Positions 37,258-50,437 of a DNA stretch of 64,000 nt are shown one piece after another; positions within the stretch are counted from its first letter, which is position 1, and every line of letters begins with the position of its first letter. A program made the translations under genes and the position numbers. The notes under the pieces are model-generated. The model was not told the DNA's origin. It saw only the letters and a list, made by a program, of their open reading frames with translations, and did not search any database. Origin of the DNA: Candidatus Multivorans sp. (GTDB taxonomy: Bacteria; Acidobacteriota; Thermoanaerobaculia; Multivoradales; Multivoraceae); NCBI GenBank assembly GCA_965205095.1, contig OZ242040.1, positions 640,553 through 704,552 of the forward strand, in the 5' to 3' direction.

Positions 37258-38621
37258 GGCCGCGGCTCCAGGTCGGCGTCTGCGGTTTGCTGGCCGCGGC
37301 GTCCGCCTGGAGCCAGGTTCCGGAATCGACGCCCGGCGAACCGCCGGCGCGACGCTGGACCACGATCGAGCGCCTGTCCGAAGAACGTCTGGCGGCCGCT
37401 CACGCCGACATCCAACGCCACCGCGCCGCGGTTCAACCGCCGCCGCCCCTCCCCGGCCTCAACGACTATCGCGGCGTGTTCCACGCCCACGCCGGCGACT
37501 CGGACCACACCGGCGGCACGCCCGAAGAGCTCCTGCTGGACGCCAAACGAATCGGCGTCGACGTCGTCTTCCTCTCCGACCACTACCGGCCGCCGCGCGA
37601 CTTCATGGACAGTTGGCACGGACTGCGCGACGGCGTGGTCTTCATCCCCGGCTCGGAGGCGCACGGCTTCCTGATCCACCCCGAGGAGTCGGTCGTCGAG
37701 TACATGGAAGCCGACGCCGGCACCTTGCTCCGCCAGGTGAACCGCGGCGCCGGCATGGCGTTCCTCTCCCACGTCGAAGAGCGGCTCGACCATCCCATGG
37801 AGGGCCTGACCGGCATGGAGATCTACAACCGCCACGCGGACGCCCTGGACGACGGCGACTCGATGCGGGCGCTGCTCGCCTGGACCGTCGACCCGGACCA
37901 GTCGAAGGCCCTGGCGCGCGCCGCCGAGCTGTACCCCGAGGAGGTCTTCGGCGCCCAGTTCGACTATCCCGCCCTGTACCTGGAGAAGTGGGACCGCGAG
38001 ACGGCTCGCCGCCCCGTCGTCGGCGTCAACGCGAACGACTGCCACCACAACCAGGTCTTCGTCGTGATCAAGGTCGACGACCAGTCCGTCCGCGTCGGCA
38101 CGATCGTCGACGATCCGGACGAGATGAGGGTCCTTACCGCCGCCGACGCGCCGGGAATTTCCGAACTCGTGCGTGGCCACGAGTCAGGCGCCGTCATCGG
38201 CCGCTACGACCTCGACCCCTACTGGGTCTCGATGAACAACTCCACCACCCACATCCTCGCGCCGGCTCTCGACGAAGAGACCATCCGCGCCGCCGTCGCC
38301 GCCGGCCACGTCTACGTCGCCCACGACTGGCTGGCCGATCCGACCGGCTTCTCCTTCTACGTCACCGAAGGAGTAGGACCGGCCGCCATCATGGGTGATG
38401 AATGGACCCTGGAAGCCGGCAAACCAACCGAACTCAAGGCCCTCTTCCCCTTGCCCGCAACCATCCGCCTCATCCGTAACGGCGAGGAGATTGCCGTCAC
38501 CGAGGCCCGGTCCCTCACCCACCGCCTCGATCAACCCGGCGTCTACCGCGTCGAAGGCTGGCTGGAGGTCGACGGTGAACTGCGTACCTGGATCTACTCG
38601 AATCCGGTGTACGTGAGATAG
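37254..38621 (+). CDS. Secreted PHP-domain-like metal-dependent hydrolase
   Basis: GVFHAH, FLSDH, GSE, SH, GMEIYN, NDCH; C-terminal Ig-like PGVYRVE..WIYSNP; GTGA overlap with the upstream gene. Confidence 0.8.
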   Translation: MRPRLQVGVCGLLAAASAWSQVPESTPGEPPARRWTTIERLSEERLAAAHADIQRHRAAVQPPPPLPGLNDYRGVFHAHAGDSDHTGGTPEELLLDAKRIGVDVVFLSDHYRPPRDFMDSWHGLRDGVVFIPGSEAHGFLIHPEESVVEYMEADAGTLLRQVNRGAGMAFLSHVEERLDHPMEGLTGMEIYNRHADALDDGDSMRALLAWTVDPDQSKALARAAELYPEEVFGAQFDYPALYLEKWDRETARRPVVGVNANDCHHNQVFVVIKVDDQSVRVGTIVDDPDEMRVLTAADAPGISELVRGHESGAVIGRYDLDPYWVSMNNSTTHILAPALDEETIRAAVAAGHVYVAHDWLADPTGFSFYVTEGVGPAAIMGDEWTLEAGKPTELKALFPLPATIRLIRNGEEIAVTEARSLTHRLDQPGVYRVEGWLEVDGELRTWIYSNPVYVR

Positions 38622-38772
38622 GGCTGAGAGCCTCAGGTAGCCAGTGGAAGCGGCTCCAGAGCCTCGATTGCCGCGGCGCGCTCCGACTGGGTGACCTGCC
38701 ACTGGTCGCCGGGTTCCCGGCCCCAGATCGTTCTGCGGCACCGGCCGCTGCCGATCACGCCGACGCCCTCCA

Positions 38773-38947
38773 GCCTTCTCCGGTCCGGAGGGGAGGGTCC
38801 CCGGGGGCTGTCGGCAAGCGACGGCCGACACCCGCTCATGAACCGACACCCAACCGGAGCGCAGCCGACCGCAGCGAGCGCCGACCTTCCATTCACCGAG
38901 AAAGCGCGAGCGGCCCCGGGGACCCTCCCCTCCGGGCCGGAGAAGGC
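38773..38947. repeat. 175-bp element bounded by a 34-bp inverted repeat (MITE-like or hairpin)
   Basis: 38773-38806 GCCTTCTCCGGTCCGGAGGGGAGGGTCCCCGGGG is the reverse complement of 38914-38947 with one mismatch. Confidence 0.8.
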
Positions 38948-38983
38948 GGGTGCCACCGACGCCGCTACGCTTCGCCGACGCCG

Positions 38984-40258
<1,275 letters not shown>

Positions 40259-40572
40259 GGCTCTCTTGCTCCTTCTCCCAGAAAGACAGGGCTCTGTGAC
40301 TTGAGGCCGCGAAGCTATCGCAGCCGGCCGGCGGACGCCACAGTCCGGGCGGCCCGGTCGCCGTTTCGGGCAGCCGATCGATTCAAGAACCGGAATCCGG
40401 TAGCCGAATCATGGATCCGCCGGATCCAGAGCTTCGTAGGAGATCCGTCCAGGACAGTGAATTGCCATCCTGGAACGTCTGAGAGCCAACCGACTCCCGA
40501 ACTCGAAAAACCCGCGTGGAAACGACACCAAACGGCCTGACCGGGTGCCTGTCCTGCCTTCGTCACAACAAC

Positions 40573-40588
40573 TGGCATCCGCCTTGCT
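40573..40588 (+). promoter_or_regulatory. Sigma54 (-24/-12) promoter
   Basis: TGGCATCCGCCTTGCT fits TGGCAY-N5-TTGCW; ends ~36 bp before the start codon, which has a GGAGGG RBS. Confidence 0.7.
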
Positions 40589-40624
40589 CAACGGACCTGT
40601 GCCCCACAACAGGAGGGAACTTCC

Positions 40625-43369
40625 GTGTTGTCACATCTTCAAAACGAACACCGAGAAAACCGTACCGGCACGAGCCGAAGCGCGATCCTCGGTCTATGCG
40701 CCGCCCTGGCGCTTGCTCTTCTGGCCGCGCCAGCGAGCGCTCAACTCACCGGCCGGCTGGCCGGAACCGTGGCCGACGACGGTGGCGCGGCGCTTCCGGG
40801 TGTCACCGTGACCGTCGAGTCGCCAAACCTGATGGGCTCGCGCACCGACTTCACCGACGAGAACGGCGAGTTCAGCTTCCGCGTCCTGCCGCCCGGCGTC
40901 TACACAGTCCAGGCCGAGCTCGACGGCTTCATTCCGCAGCAGAAGAGTGAGGTGGAAGTCCGCCTGAGCCGGGTGACCGAGCTCCAGTTCGCGATGCCTG
41001 CCGGCGAGTTCACGGATCAGATCGTCGTCGTCGCCGAGACGCCCGTGGTCGATCCGGAGCAGGTATCCACATCGCAGACGTTCGGCGTCGAGTACCTGAA
41101 GAAGGCCTCGATCGGGTCGGCGAACCGGAGCTATCAGAGTGTGCTGACGCAGGCCGGCGGCGTCGCCGGCGGCTCCAATCCGAACGTGTTCGGCTCTACC
41201 CTGGGCGAAAACGCCTTCTACATCGACGGCATCGACTCCACGGATCCGGTCACGGCGACCTGGAACATCAACATGAACTTCGACACGATCCAGGAGATCA
41301 ACTTCGAGACCGGCGGTTTCGAGGCCCAGTACGGTCGCGCCACGGGTGGTTTCGTCAACGTCGCCACCAAGTCTGGCGGCAACGACTTCGCCGGCAGCCT
41401 GGACGTGCGCTACCGCGACACCGACTTCAACACCGACGGCGAGCACTTCGACACGGAAGCGAACGTCGTCGAGTTCCGGGAAACCGGCGCCAATCTCGGC
41501 GGCCCGGTCCGGCGGGACGAACTCTGGTTCTACGTCGCCGCGAATCCGGTGCGTTCCAAGAACACGCCCACGGAAGCGCCGACCACGCGCGACTTCGAGG
41601 GGACGAACCTGAACGGCAAGCTGACCTGGCAGGCGAGCGAGGAATGGCAGGTCGTCGGCCGTTACATCGGAGAAGACACCACGATCGCCAACGTGAACTC
41701 CGGCCGCTCCGTGGCGCCCGAAGCCACGTACTTCCAGGAGCAGCCAAAGAGCATCCTGGGCCTGGAAGCACTCGGGCTCCCCTCGTCGAACCTGCAGTGG
41801 CACATTCGAGCCGCGGCCATCCGGGGCGAGCTGAACTCCTTCCCCCAGAGCCGCGACTTCGACACGATCGGCCACATCGACTCGGCCGGCGACGGGTCGA
41901 GGTCGGTGAACTACACGAACCAGCAGTACTCGACCCGCGACCGCGACGACCTTGCCACGAGCCTGACCTGGTTCACGGACGGCGCCGCGGGCGACCACGA
42001 GGTGCGTGTGGGCCTCGAGTACGCCGACAACTTCTTCCGAACGGCGAACAACACCGTAGGCGGCTTCTCCTTCGCGGACCGCTTCGGCGAACCGTACATC
42101 TTCTTCCGCTCGCCGATCGAAGCGCCGGCCGACAACAACGGCGAACTGTTCACAGCCTACGCCCAGGACACCTGGCGGGTCCTCCCCAACCTGACTGTCA
42201 AGTTCGGGCTGCGCCACGACCAGGCCGCGTTCCAGAACGACGTCGGCGAGGAGGTCGCCGACCTCTCGAAGCTGCAGCCCCGCCTCGGCGTCGCCTGGGA
42301 CATCGGCGGCAACGCGAGAACGGTGGCCCGCGCGAACTGGGGACGGTTCATGCACCCCAACGCTCTGACTTTGCCGAGCTTCGCCCGCGTGAACAGTCTG
42401 CCGACGATCCGGTACCTGTCGTGTTCCGCTTTCGCCGCCAGATTCCTGGGAGTCGCACCGGAACGGTGCGCCACCGCGTCGCCCGGAAGCCGAACGATCG
42501 GCAGCCTGATGGTGGACAACTGGATCACCGATCCCGAGGGCTTCGATCCACACGGCTGGTTCTACAACACCGTCTTCGCGAGTTCACCGAGTGTTGTCGC
42601 TTCGACTCTGGACGCCACGTACGCCGACGAATGGACCCTGGGCATCGAGCATGAACTCGCCCGCCGCACGTCCATCGGTCTGACCTACGTCAACAAGGAG
42701 ACGTTGGACATCTTCGAGGACACCTGCAACGGCAACGTGCCTACGCCCTCGGCCGGCGCCGACTGCGACTACTACGTGATGGCGAACCTGCCGGGACTCA
42801 CCCGCGACTACAGCGGATTCATCCTGAACTTCGAGTCGCGCTACACGAACTGGATGGAGGTACGTGCCTCATACACCTACTCGGAGTCCAAGGGCAACAT
42901 CGAGTACACGCAGAACGCCGGTACGGCCTTCGACATCTATCCGGACCACTTCGACAACCGCTACGGCTATCTTGCGGACGATCGCCGACACCGGTTCAAG
43001 GTGAACGGATACGTCGACCTGCCGCTCAACTTCACCGTCGGCTTCGACGCCTTCTGGTCGTCGGCCGGGGCCTACACGGCCACCGAGACGCTCACGCCGC
43101 CGTCCTACAGCCGCTACTTCACAGAGCAGCGTGGTGCGCGGAGGGCGAACGACAGCTACAACCTGGACCTGCAACTCGCCAAGGGATTCACATTCGGTCC
43201 CGACCTGCGCTTCGAGCTGGTCGCTGCCGTCTTCAACGTCTTCGACCAGGAGCAGGTACTCACCGTCTGCACCCGGGTCGAGGGCTGCACCGGCGGCGTC
43301 GATCTCGACGGTGCGCTGACCTATCGTCAGCCCCAGCGCTACGAAGCGGGCATCCGCTTCGAGTTCTAG
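40625..43369 (+). CDS. TonB-dependent receptor with carboxypeptidase-regulatory-like N-terminal domain (Oar-like)
   Basis: GTVAD..ALPGVTVTV, LPPGVY, ENAFYIDG, AQYGRATGG..N..TKSG, YAQDTW, QPRLG.AWD, C-terminal RFEF. Confidence 0.92.
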   Translation: MLSHLQNEHRENRTGTSRSAILGLCAALALALLAAPASAQLTGRLAGTVADDGGAALPGVTVTVESPNLMGSRTDFTDENGEFSFRVLPPGVYTVQAELDGFIPQQKSEVEVRLSRVTELQFAMPAGEFTDQIVVVAETPVVDPEQVSTSQTFGVEYLKKASIGSANRSYQSVLTQAGGVAGGSNPNVFGSTLGENAFYIDGIDSTDPVTATWNINMNFDTIQEINFETGGFEAQYGRATGGFVNVATKSGGNDFAGSLDVRYRDTDFNTDGEHFDTEANVVEFRETGANLGGPVRRDELWFYVAANPVRSKNTPTEAPTTRDFEGTNLNGKLTWQASEEWQVVGRYIGEDTTIANVNSGRSVAPEATYFQEQPKSILGLEALGLPSSNLQWHIRAAAIRGELNSFPQSRDFDTIGHIDSAGDGSRSVNYTNQQYSTRDRDDLATSLTWFTDGAAGDHEVRVGLEYADNFFRTANNTVGGFSFADRFGEPYIFFRSPIEAPADNNGELFTAYAQDTWRVLPNLTVKFGLRHDQAAFQNDVGEEVADLSKLQPRLGVAWDIGGNARTVARANWGRFMHPNALTLPSFARVNSLPTIRYLSCSAFAARFLGVAPERCATASPGSRTIGSLMVDNWITDPEGFDPHGWFYNTVFASSPSVVASTLDATYADEWTLGIEHELARRTSIGLTYVNKETLDIFEDTCNGNVPTPSAGADCDYYVMANLPGLTRDYSGFILNFESRYTNWMEVRASYTYSESKGNIEYTQNAGTAFDIYPDHFDNRYGYLADDRRHRFKVNGYVDLPLNFTVGFDAFWSSAGAYTATETLTPPSYSRYFTEQRGARRANDSYNLDLQLAKGFTFGPDLRFELVAAVFNVFDQEQVLTVCTRVEGCTGGVDLDGALTYRQPQRYEAGIRFEF

Positions 43370-43447
43370 AGCAGCCGTTCGCGAGGCCCTTCAGTGGCCA
43401 GCGGACGGCCAGGGTCCGGCGTCTCAAAAGGGGCGAGGCGCCGGGCC

Positions 43448-43984
43448 CTATCCCACCTCCACGGCGGAAGCACGACTCAGGTCGCGCAGTCGACCGGCCT
43501 GCTCGTCGCTCAGGCCGTGGACCCGCAAGAGCAGGCGGCCGTCGGCGACGTGGTGATCCAGAACCGAAGCCCGGCCTCGGCCGCTCCGGATCCCCCGGCC
43601 CGGGAGCAGCCCGCCTTCCCAGAGCACCCGCAGCACGGTCATCAGGATGAGCCCGAGCGCCGTGCCCTCATACGTCACGACGCCTACCGGCGGCCCGGCG
43701 ACGATCGACATGCCGCCGGTCGGCAGCGGGTAAGCCAGCGCCGTGCCGGCCGCCAGGCCGAAGGCGGTGAGGCCGCCAAGGACGGCGCCGGCGAGCGCGA
43801 ACAGCAACACCCGGGACTTCGGCTTCGGCAGCGGCAGTTCGTCTTCTTCCAGCGGCGCCGGGCTGCGTACTTCGACCTGGGAAGCCGCCACGCCCGACTC
43901 AAGTGCGACCTCCACGACGGACCGCAGGTCCGCGACCTGCTCGAAGGCCGCTTCGACCAGATGCCGCTCCGCGGCCGCCGTCAT
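43448..43984 (-). CDS. DUF3341 / ActD-like membrane subunit
   Basis: VRSPAP, GAVLGG, YPLPTGGM, VVTYE; last gene of the operon. Confidence 0.75.
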   Translation of the reverse strand: MTAAAERHLVEAAFEQVADLRSVVEVALESGVAASQVEVRSPAPLEEDELPLPKPKSRVLLFALAGAVLGGLTAFGLAAGTALAYPLPTGGMSIVAGPPVGVVTYEGTALGLILMTVLRVLWEGGLLPGRGIRSGRGRASVLDHHVADGRLLLRVHGLSDEQAGRLRDLSRASAVEVG

Positions 43985-45377
43985 GCCCCACCTCCGCCGG
44001 GTACCGGTGCCGCCGCCGTCCCGGAGGTCGGCGCGGCGTCCGAAGTCGCATCGCCCGCTCCGCCACTCGCACCGTGCCGCCAGCCCTCCCGCATCTCCCA
44101 CACGGAGACGATCGGCAGCAACTGGGTGAACGTGAAGTAGAAGCAGGCGAAGACGCCGACCGCCCCGATCATGATCCCGAGTTCCACCCAGCTCGGCATG
44201 TAGTCGCCGATGCTGTAGGCCAACCGCGGCGTCGACAGGGCCGGCACGACGATCAGGAAACGTTCGAGCCACATGCCGACCAGCACGCCGCAACCGACCA
44301 GGGCCGTCGGCAGCGGGCGCCGGCCGCGCGGGAAGGAGAGCACGGCGACCGGAATGACCAGGTTGACCACGACCATCGTCCAGAACGGCAGTGCGAAGTC
44401 GCCGTGCAGAAGGACGTGGTGCACGTTCTTCTCGAACAGGTCGCCGCTGTACCAGACGGTCAGGTGCTCGGCGAACGTGAAGTAGCCCCAGACCAGGGAC
44501 ATCGTGACGAAGAGGAGCCCGAGGTTGTTGAACACCCGGTCGGTCAGGAAACGCTTGAGCGCGAGGCCGCGGCGGAGCAGCGCCATCGCGATCATCAGCA
44601 CGGCGATCCCCGAGAAGATCGCCCCGACGACGAAGTAGGGCCCGAAGATCGTGCTCTTCCAGCCCGGCGTCTGGGTCATCGCGAAGTCCCAGGACACGAT
44701 CGTGTGAACGGAAACCGCGACCGGGATGATCGCCACCGCCAGGATGCGGATCCCCCACTCCAGGCTGTGCCACTGCTGCGTGGTGCCGCGCCAGCCGAGC
44801 GCCAGGACCGCGTAGAAGCGCTTCTTGAGGCCCGCCGCCGCACGGTCCCGCATGACCGCCGCGTCCGGGATCAACGGCAGGAACAGGTAGAGAGCGCTGC
44901 CGATGATGTAGGTCGTGATCGCGGCGATGTCCCACACAAGGGGCGAGCGAAAGTTGGGCCACAGCATCCGGCTGTTCGGGTACGGAACCATGTAGTAGAA
45001 GATCGCGACCCGGCCGAGGTGGATCAGCGGAAACAGGCCGCCGATCGCGAGCGCGAACAGGGTGATCGCCTCCGCGGATCGGGTCACGGGCCGCCGCCAC
45101 TCCGCATTCGTGACGCGCAGGATCGCCGAGATCAGCGTGCCGGCGTGACTGATGCCGATCCAGAAGACGAAGTTGATGATGTAGAAGCCCCAGAACACCG
45201 GCCGGTTGATGCCGGTGACGCCGATGCCGTTCGCGATCTGGTAGCCCCAGCAGTAGAGGAAGACCAGAGCCAGCGCGCCGCTGGCGAGGGAACCGACGAG
45301 CAGACCCGGCCGGCGGCGATCGAGGCGGCCGAGCAGTTGGCCGTCGAGCGCGGCGGCCGAGGGCTGGGACTCCGCCG

Positions 45378-45399
<22 letters not shown>
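43981..45399 (-). CDS. NrfD/PsrC family membrane subunit (ActC/QrcD-like)
   Basis: NFVFWIGISHAGTLISAIL, R.AEA, HLGR, NFRSPLVWD, SVHTIVSWDFA, PYFVVGAIFSG, GMWLER. Confidence 0.92.
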
Positions 45400-46075
<676 letters not shown>

Positions 46076-46079
<4 letters not shown>

Positions 46080-48481
46080 GCCTTCTCCTCACGGTTCGCG
46101 GTAGCCGGCGCGACCGCACCACGGGGTCGGCCGAGCCGGCGCACGAAGCCAAGATCCTCTCCCGCCTCTGGCATCGCCGCGTGCGTGGCGCCGTTGTCGT
46201 GCGGCGCCCAGCCGACCGGAATCTCCTCGGCCTGCCGCAGGCCGCGGCCGTAGATCACCGGCCGTTCGCTGCGGCGCGGCCGGCGCAGCCGCTCGACCCG
46301 CACTCGAAGATCGCCGCGGGCAAACGCGCCGGCCCCGGCAACCCGGCGATCCGCGGTCAGAAGCGCGTTCACGTTCACGCCGCGGCCCCGCGCGTAGCGG
46401 CCGTAGTCTGCGTGGCCGCCGCCGACCGGCACCCCCAGGCAGCCCGGCCGCACCGTGGGCAGGACAATGGCCGGCAGCTCGATCTCCGCCGCGGTGCCCG
46501 TCAGCCGCACGATGTCGCCCGTGCGAACGCCCAGGCCATCCGCGTCGGCCGTCGCCATCTCGACCCACGACCCCCACATCACCGTCGACAGCGGGTCCGG
46601 CAGTTCCTGCAGCCAGGGACGGTTCGCCCCGCGACCGTCGCCGAGCTTCACGGACTCGAACGGAATCAGGGTGAAGGACTCCACGCCCACGGGAGCGGCC
46701 GGCGCCGGCAGGGACGCCGGATCGGGGAGGCCGGCAGGCGCGCCTTCCCCGTCCACCTGAGGCGGCCGAATAGGCGCGCGCCGCATCTCCTCCGTCCCGA
46801 CCAGGCCGCCGGCGTCCGTCGTCCGCCGCACGAACTGTCGGGCGTTCAGGGCGCCGGCGATCAGCGACGCCGGCAGGGCGACGGGGTCGATCGCATCGTC
46901 GCCCGTCGCCCGGGTCGCGGTGAAGGCGTCGCTGAGCGCCGCCTCGACCGCCTCCTGGAAGCCAGGCCAGGGCAGCGCACTGCCGGCGGCCGCGGCGAGC
47001 GCCAGGGCCACGTCGCCCGGATGCCGCGCCTCACCCCGTGGGGCAACGGTCGGCGACGCGACGAGCAGCGCCGGAATGCCGCGCACCGGGTCCGGCTCCA
47101 CCGCCTGGAAGCGCTCCAGATCGGTCTGAATCGGCAGCACCAGGTCGGCACGGAGCGTCGTGTCGTCGAAGAAGGCGGAGAGCGCGATCACCGTGCCCAC
47201 GCCGCCCATGGCGGACTCGAACCCCGGCATCGCGTACAGCGGATCGGCCTCGGAGACGACCAGGACACTCGATTCGCCGCTGCCCGCCAGACGATCGCCC
47301 AGTGCCGCCGGCGGCACGGTCGCTTCGGCATCGCCGGCAACGCGGCCTTCGAAGCCGAAGTCGAGCCCGGCGAAGACACCGCCCTCCCGGCCCACCGCGC
47401 CCAGCAGCCCGTTGAGCGCCAGCCCGGCGGCGCCGGCGGCAACGCCGGTCCCGCCATCGAGGGCCGATCCGCCGACCATCACCAATGGCCGGTCGGCCCG
47501 GGACAGTTCGGCCGCGAGCCGCTCGATCCGGCTCGCGTCGATGCCGCAGCGTTCGGCCGTCGCGGCCAGATCGGGCGGCGCTTCGGGATAGAGCGTCTCG
47601 TAGGCCGCGCGTTCCGCCTCCCCGACCGTTCCCGAGCCGAGCAGGAGACCGGCGAGGCCGCGCACGAAGAAACCCTCGCTGCCCGGACGTACCGGCAGCC
47701 AGTCATCCGCGTTCGCCGCCGTCAGCGAATGGCGCGCCTCGACCTGGACCAGCTTGCCGCGCCGGTCGGCGGTCAGCTCGGCCCAGGCGCCCGCGAAGTG
47801 AGCGGCGCTCCGCCAGCCGTCGAGGAAGGGCGCGCCGATGCTGAGCACGTAGTCGGCCCGCGCGAGGTCATACGCCGGCCGGGTCGCCTCACCGAAGGCG
47901 AGCCGGGCGGCCTCCCGTTCGACGACGACGTCAGCAGGCTGCCAGTGAACCGGCGCCGGCGCGCCGAGCGCCGCCGCGAACCGCCGCCACAGGCCAAGGA
48001 GCGGCCCCGACGGTGCGCCGGACACAACGGTCGTCGCGTCCGGCGCGGCCGCGATCGCCGTCGCCGCGGACTCGAGCGCTTCCTCCCAGGACACCGGTTC
48101 CAGTTCGCCCGAAGCGCCGCGCCGCATCGGCTCCGTCACCCGGTCCGGGTGATACAGCTCCTGCAGGGCCGAGTGCCCCAACGCGCAGACGCCGCCCGCG
48201 TTGACGAAGCCCTCCGGCAACCCCTCGATCTTCTTCGCCAGACGGTCGACCGTCCTCACCTCTATCTCACAGCCGGCGCCGCACTGCCCGCAGATCGACC
48301 GCCGCCACACGGATGCGCCCGGCAGGGCCGTGCTCCGCCGAACCGGCGACTCGATCCACTCCTCGTCCCGGCGGCGGCAACCCTGCAGCACCGCCACGCC
48401 GGCCGCCGCGTAGACCTTGAAGAAGTCCCGCCGGCCGATCGTGACCCGTGGTTCGCCGCGCCTGCCGCCGTTGCCGCTCAT
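46076..48481 (-). CDS. Molybdopterin oxidoreductase-fold subunit (ActB1/QrcB-like), Tat lipoprotein
   Basis: GRRDFFK...LQGC; C..C...C-x27-C FS0 motif; ADLVLP; ANRPWLQELPDP. Confidence 0.88.
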
Positions 48482-48488
48482 CCAGTCC

Positions 48489-48992
48489 TCACCGGTGGCA
48501 CGCCAGACAGTCGTCGCTGGCCTCGTTCTCGCGGTGGCACTCGACGCACCAACCCATGTCGGCGACGTTGCGCACCGGCTCGGCCACCGTCATCGAAGCC
48601 ACGTCGCCGTGGCAGGTCAGGCACTCGATGCCGGCCCGGGCGTGGGCCCGGTGGTTGAAGTGAACCATCGCCGAGTCGGGGATCACGTTCACCTTCGCCC
48701 ACAGGATCGGCTCCCGGTTCTCGTTCGCGAGCATGACCTTCTGCACTTCGGGGTGGTCGGGTATCTCGCGCCGATGGCAGCCCGCACACGCCTGCACCGA
48801 CGGCATCCCGGCATGCACTCCCTCTTCCGCGCCCCGATGGCAACGAACGCACTCCAGCCCAGCCTCGATGTGGACCTGGTGGTCGTAGGCGATCGGCTGG
48901 TCAGGCGTCGGCAGGTTCTGGGTCGGGCCGCAGGCGCCGGCTGCAAGGGCGATTCCTGCCAGGAACAGCCGACGGGTCGTGCCGCGGCCCAA
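48489..48992 (-). CDS. Pentaheme cytochrome c3-family lipoprotein (ActA/QrcA-like)
   Basis: Five CxxCH motifs; QPIAYDH..H, FNHRAH, MGWCVECH; lipobox AGAC. Confidence 0.92.
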   Translation of the reverse strand: MGRGTTRRLFLAGIALAAGACGPTQNLPTPDQPIAYDHQVHIEAGLECVRCHRGAEEGVHAGMPSVQACAGCHRREIPDHPEVQKVMLANENREPILWAKVNVIPDSAMVHFNHRAHARAGIECLTCHGDVASMTVAEPVRNVADMGWCVECHRENEASDDCLACHR

Positions 48993-48995
48993 GTC

Positions 48996-49607
48996 TCAGA
49001 CCTCGCGGATCCGCTGGTAGGAGGGGACTTCCTGCAGCCGCGTCCAGTAGCGCCGCACGTTGTCGCCGAAGTCGTCGATGCCGAGCGACTCCGCCAGCTT
49101 CAGGCCGTAGCCGACGCAGATGTCGGCGATCGTGAAGCGGCCGCAGCACAGGAAGTCGCGGCTGTCGGAGGTCGCCGACTCGACCAACCGCAACCGGCCC
49201 AGGAACCACCTGCGGTAGTCCTCCGCCACCTGCGACACCCGTCGTTCTTCGGGTTCCAGCCGCGTGTAGCGGAGGAACAGCGTCTGCGGGAAGGTCAGCG
49301 TCGCGTCGCTGTAGAACAGCCAGTTCAGGTACGCGCCGTACTCCGGGTCGTCCACGTCGACGGCGAGCGGCGTCGGACCGTAGCGGTCGACCAGGTACTT
49401 CGCGATGCCCGAGGACTCCGTCATGTGAACGTCGCCGTCGATCATGTAGGGAACCGTGCCGAGAAGGTTGGTGCCGAGGTAGTCCTTCTTGAACACCCGC
49501 GGCGGGAAGGGCAAGACGTGCAGGTCGTAGTCGATACCCATCTCCTCGAGCGTCCAGACGGCACGCAGCGACCGGGCACCCTGGCAGTGGTAGAGCTGAA
49601 TCGTCAC
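48996..49607 (-). CDS. Glutathione S-transferase family protein
   Basis: LYH..ARS.R..W.LEE, GTVP, ESSGI, FTIADI. Confidence 0.9.
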   Translation of the reverse strand: MTIQLYHCQGARSLRAVWTLEEMGIDYDLHVLPFPPRVFKKDYLGTNLLGTVPYMIDGDVHMTESSGIAKYLVDRYGPTPLAVDVDDPEYGAYLNWLFYSDATLTFPQTLFLRYTRLEPEERRVSQVAEDYRRWFLGRLRLVESATSDSRDFLCCGRFTIADICVGYGLKLAESLGIDDFGDNVRRYWTRLQEVPSYQRIREV

Positions 49608-50413
49608 GAGGAACTACCCGACGGATCGACGGCCACGGCCCAACTCGGCTTGCGCTTCTCGCGGAATGCCGCCATGCCCTCGGCCGCCTCCTCGCTCTGG
49701 AACATCCGCCGGCTCCAGCCCTGGGTCAACTCGAACCCCTCGGCGAGCGAGATGTCCGGCACCGCCCGCACCAGCTTCTTGCACTCGACGACCGCCGTCG
49801 GGCCGCCCAGGTTGATCGCGTCGATCTCCTCCTGGACCACCGACCACAACTCGTCGCGCGGCACCGCCTTGTGGGCCAGGCCGTACTCGACCGCCTGGCG
49901 GCCGTCGAAGCGGTCGCCGGTCAGGAACAGCCTCATGCCGTGGTGCGGTCCCAGCTTGCGGAGGCAGACGACCGCGATGATCGCCGGGATCACGCCAATC
50001 CGCACTTCACTGAAGCTGAACATCGCCTCCTCGGCAGTGATGACCAGGTCCGAGGCCGCGACCATGCCCAGGCCGCCGGCGAAGGCATGGCCGTTCACCG
50101 CGGCGATCACGGGCTTCTCACCCTCCCAGATCGCGGTCAGCAGGTCAGGGTAGGGCACGACCCGGTCCGACTCGCCCTCGCCGGGCTGGCGCTTGAGATC
50201 CGCGCCCGAGCAGAAGCCCTTGCCGGCGCCCGTGATCACGATGGAACGGACATTGTCGTCGGCCTGGGCGGCCGCCAGGTGGTCGTAGACCTCCGTGATC
50301 AAGCCCGGCGACAGCGCGTTGCGCCGCTCGGGACGGTTGAGCGTGATGAGGGCCGCGCCATTGCGGACCTCGTAGAGCGTGAATTCGGTCCCCGGCCGGT
50401 TCGACATTCCCAT
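49604..50413 (-). CDS. Enoyl-CoA hydratase/crotonase (AtuE/LiuC-like)
   Basis: LNRPERRNAL, FCSGADL, GHAFAGG, FSEVRIG, EGMAAFREKR. Confidence 0.92.
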   Translation of the reverse strand: MGMSNRPGTEFTLYEVRNGAALITLNRPERRNALSPGLITEVYDHLAAAQADDNVRSIVITGAGKGFCSGADLKRQPGEGESDRVVPYPDLLTAIWEGEKPVIAAVNGHAFAGGLGMVAASDLVITAEEAMFSFSEVRIGVIPAIIAVVCLRKLGPHHGMRLFLTGDRFDGRQAVEYGLAHKAVPRDELWSVVQEEIDAINLGGPTAVVECKKLVRAVPDISLAEGFELTQGWSRRMFQSEEAAEGMAAFREKRKPSWAVAVDPSGSSS

Positions 50414-50437
50414 CCTCCTCCGGCAATCCTCGAGCTG

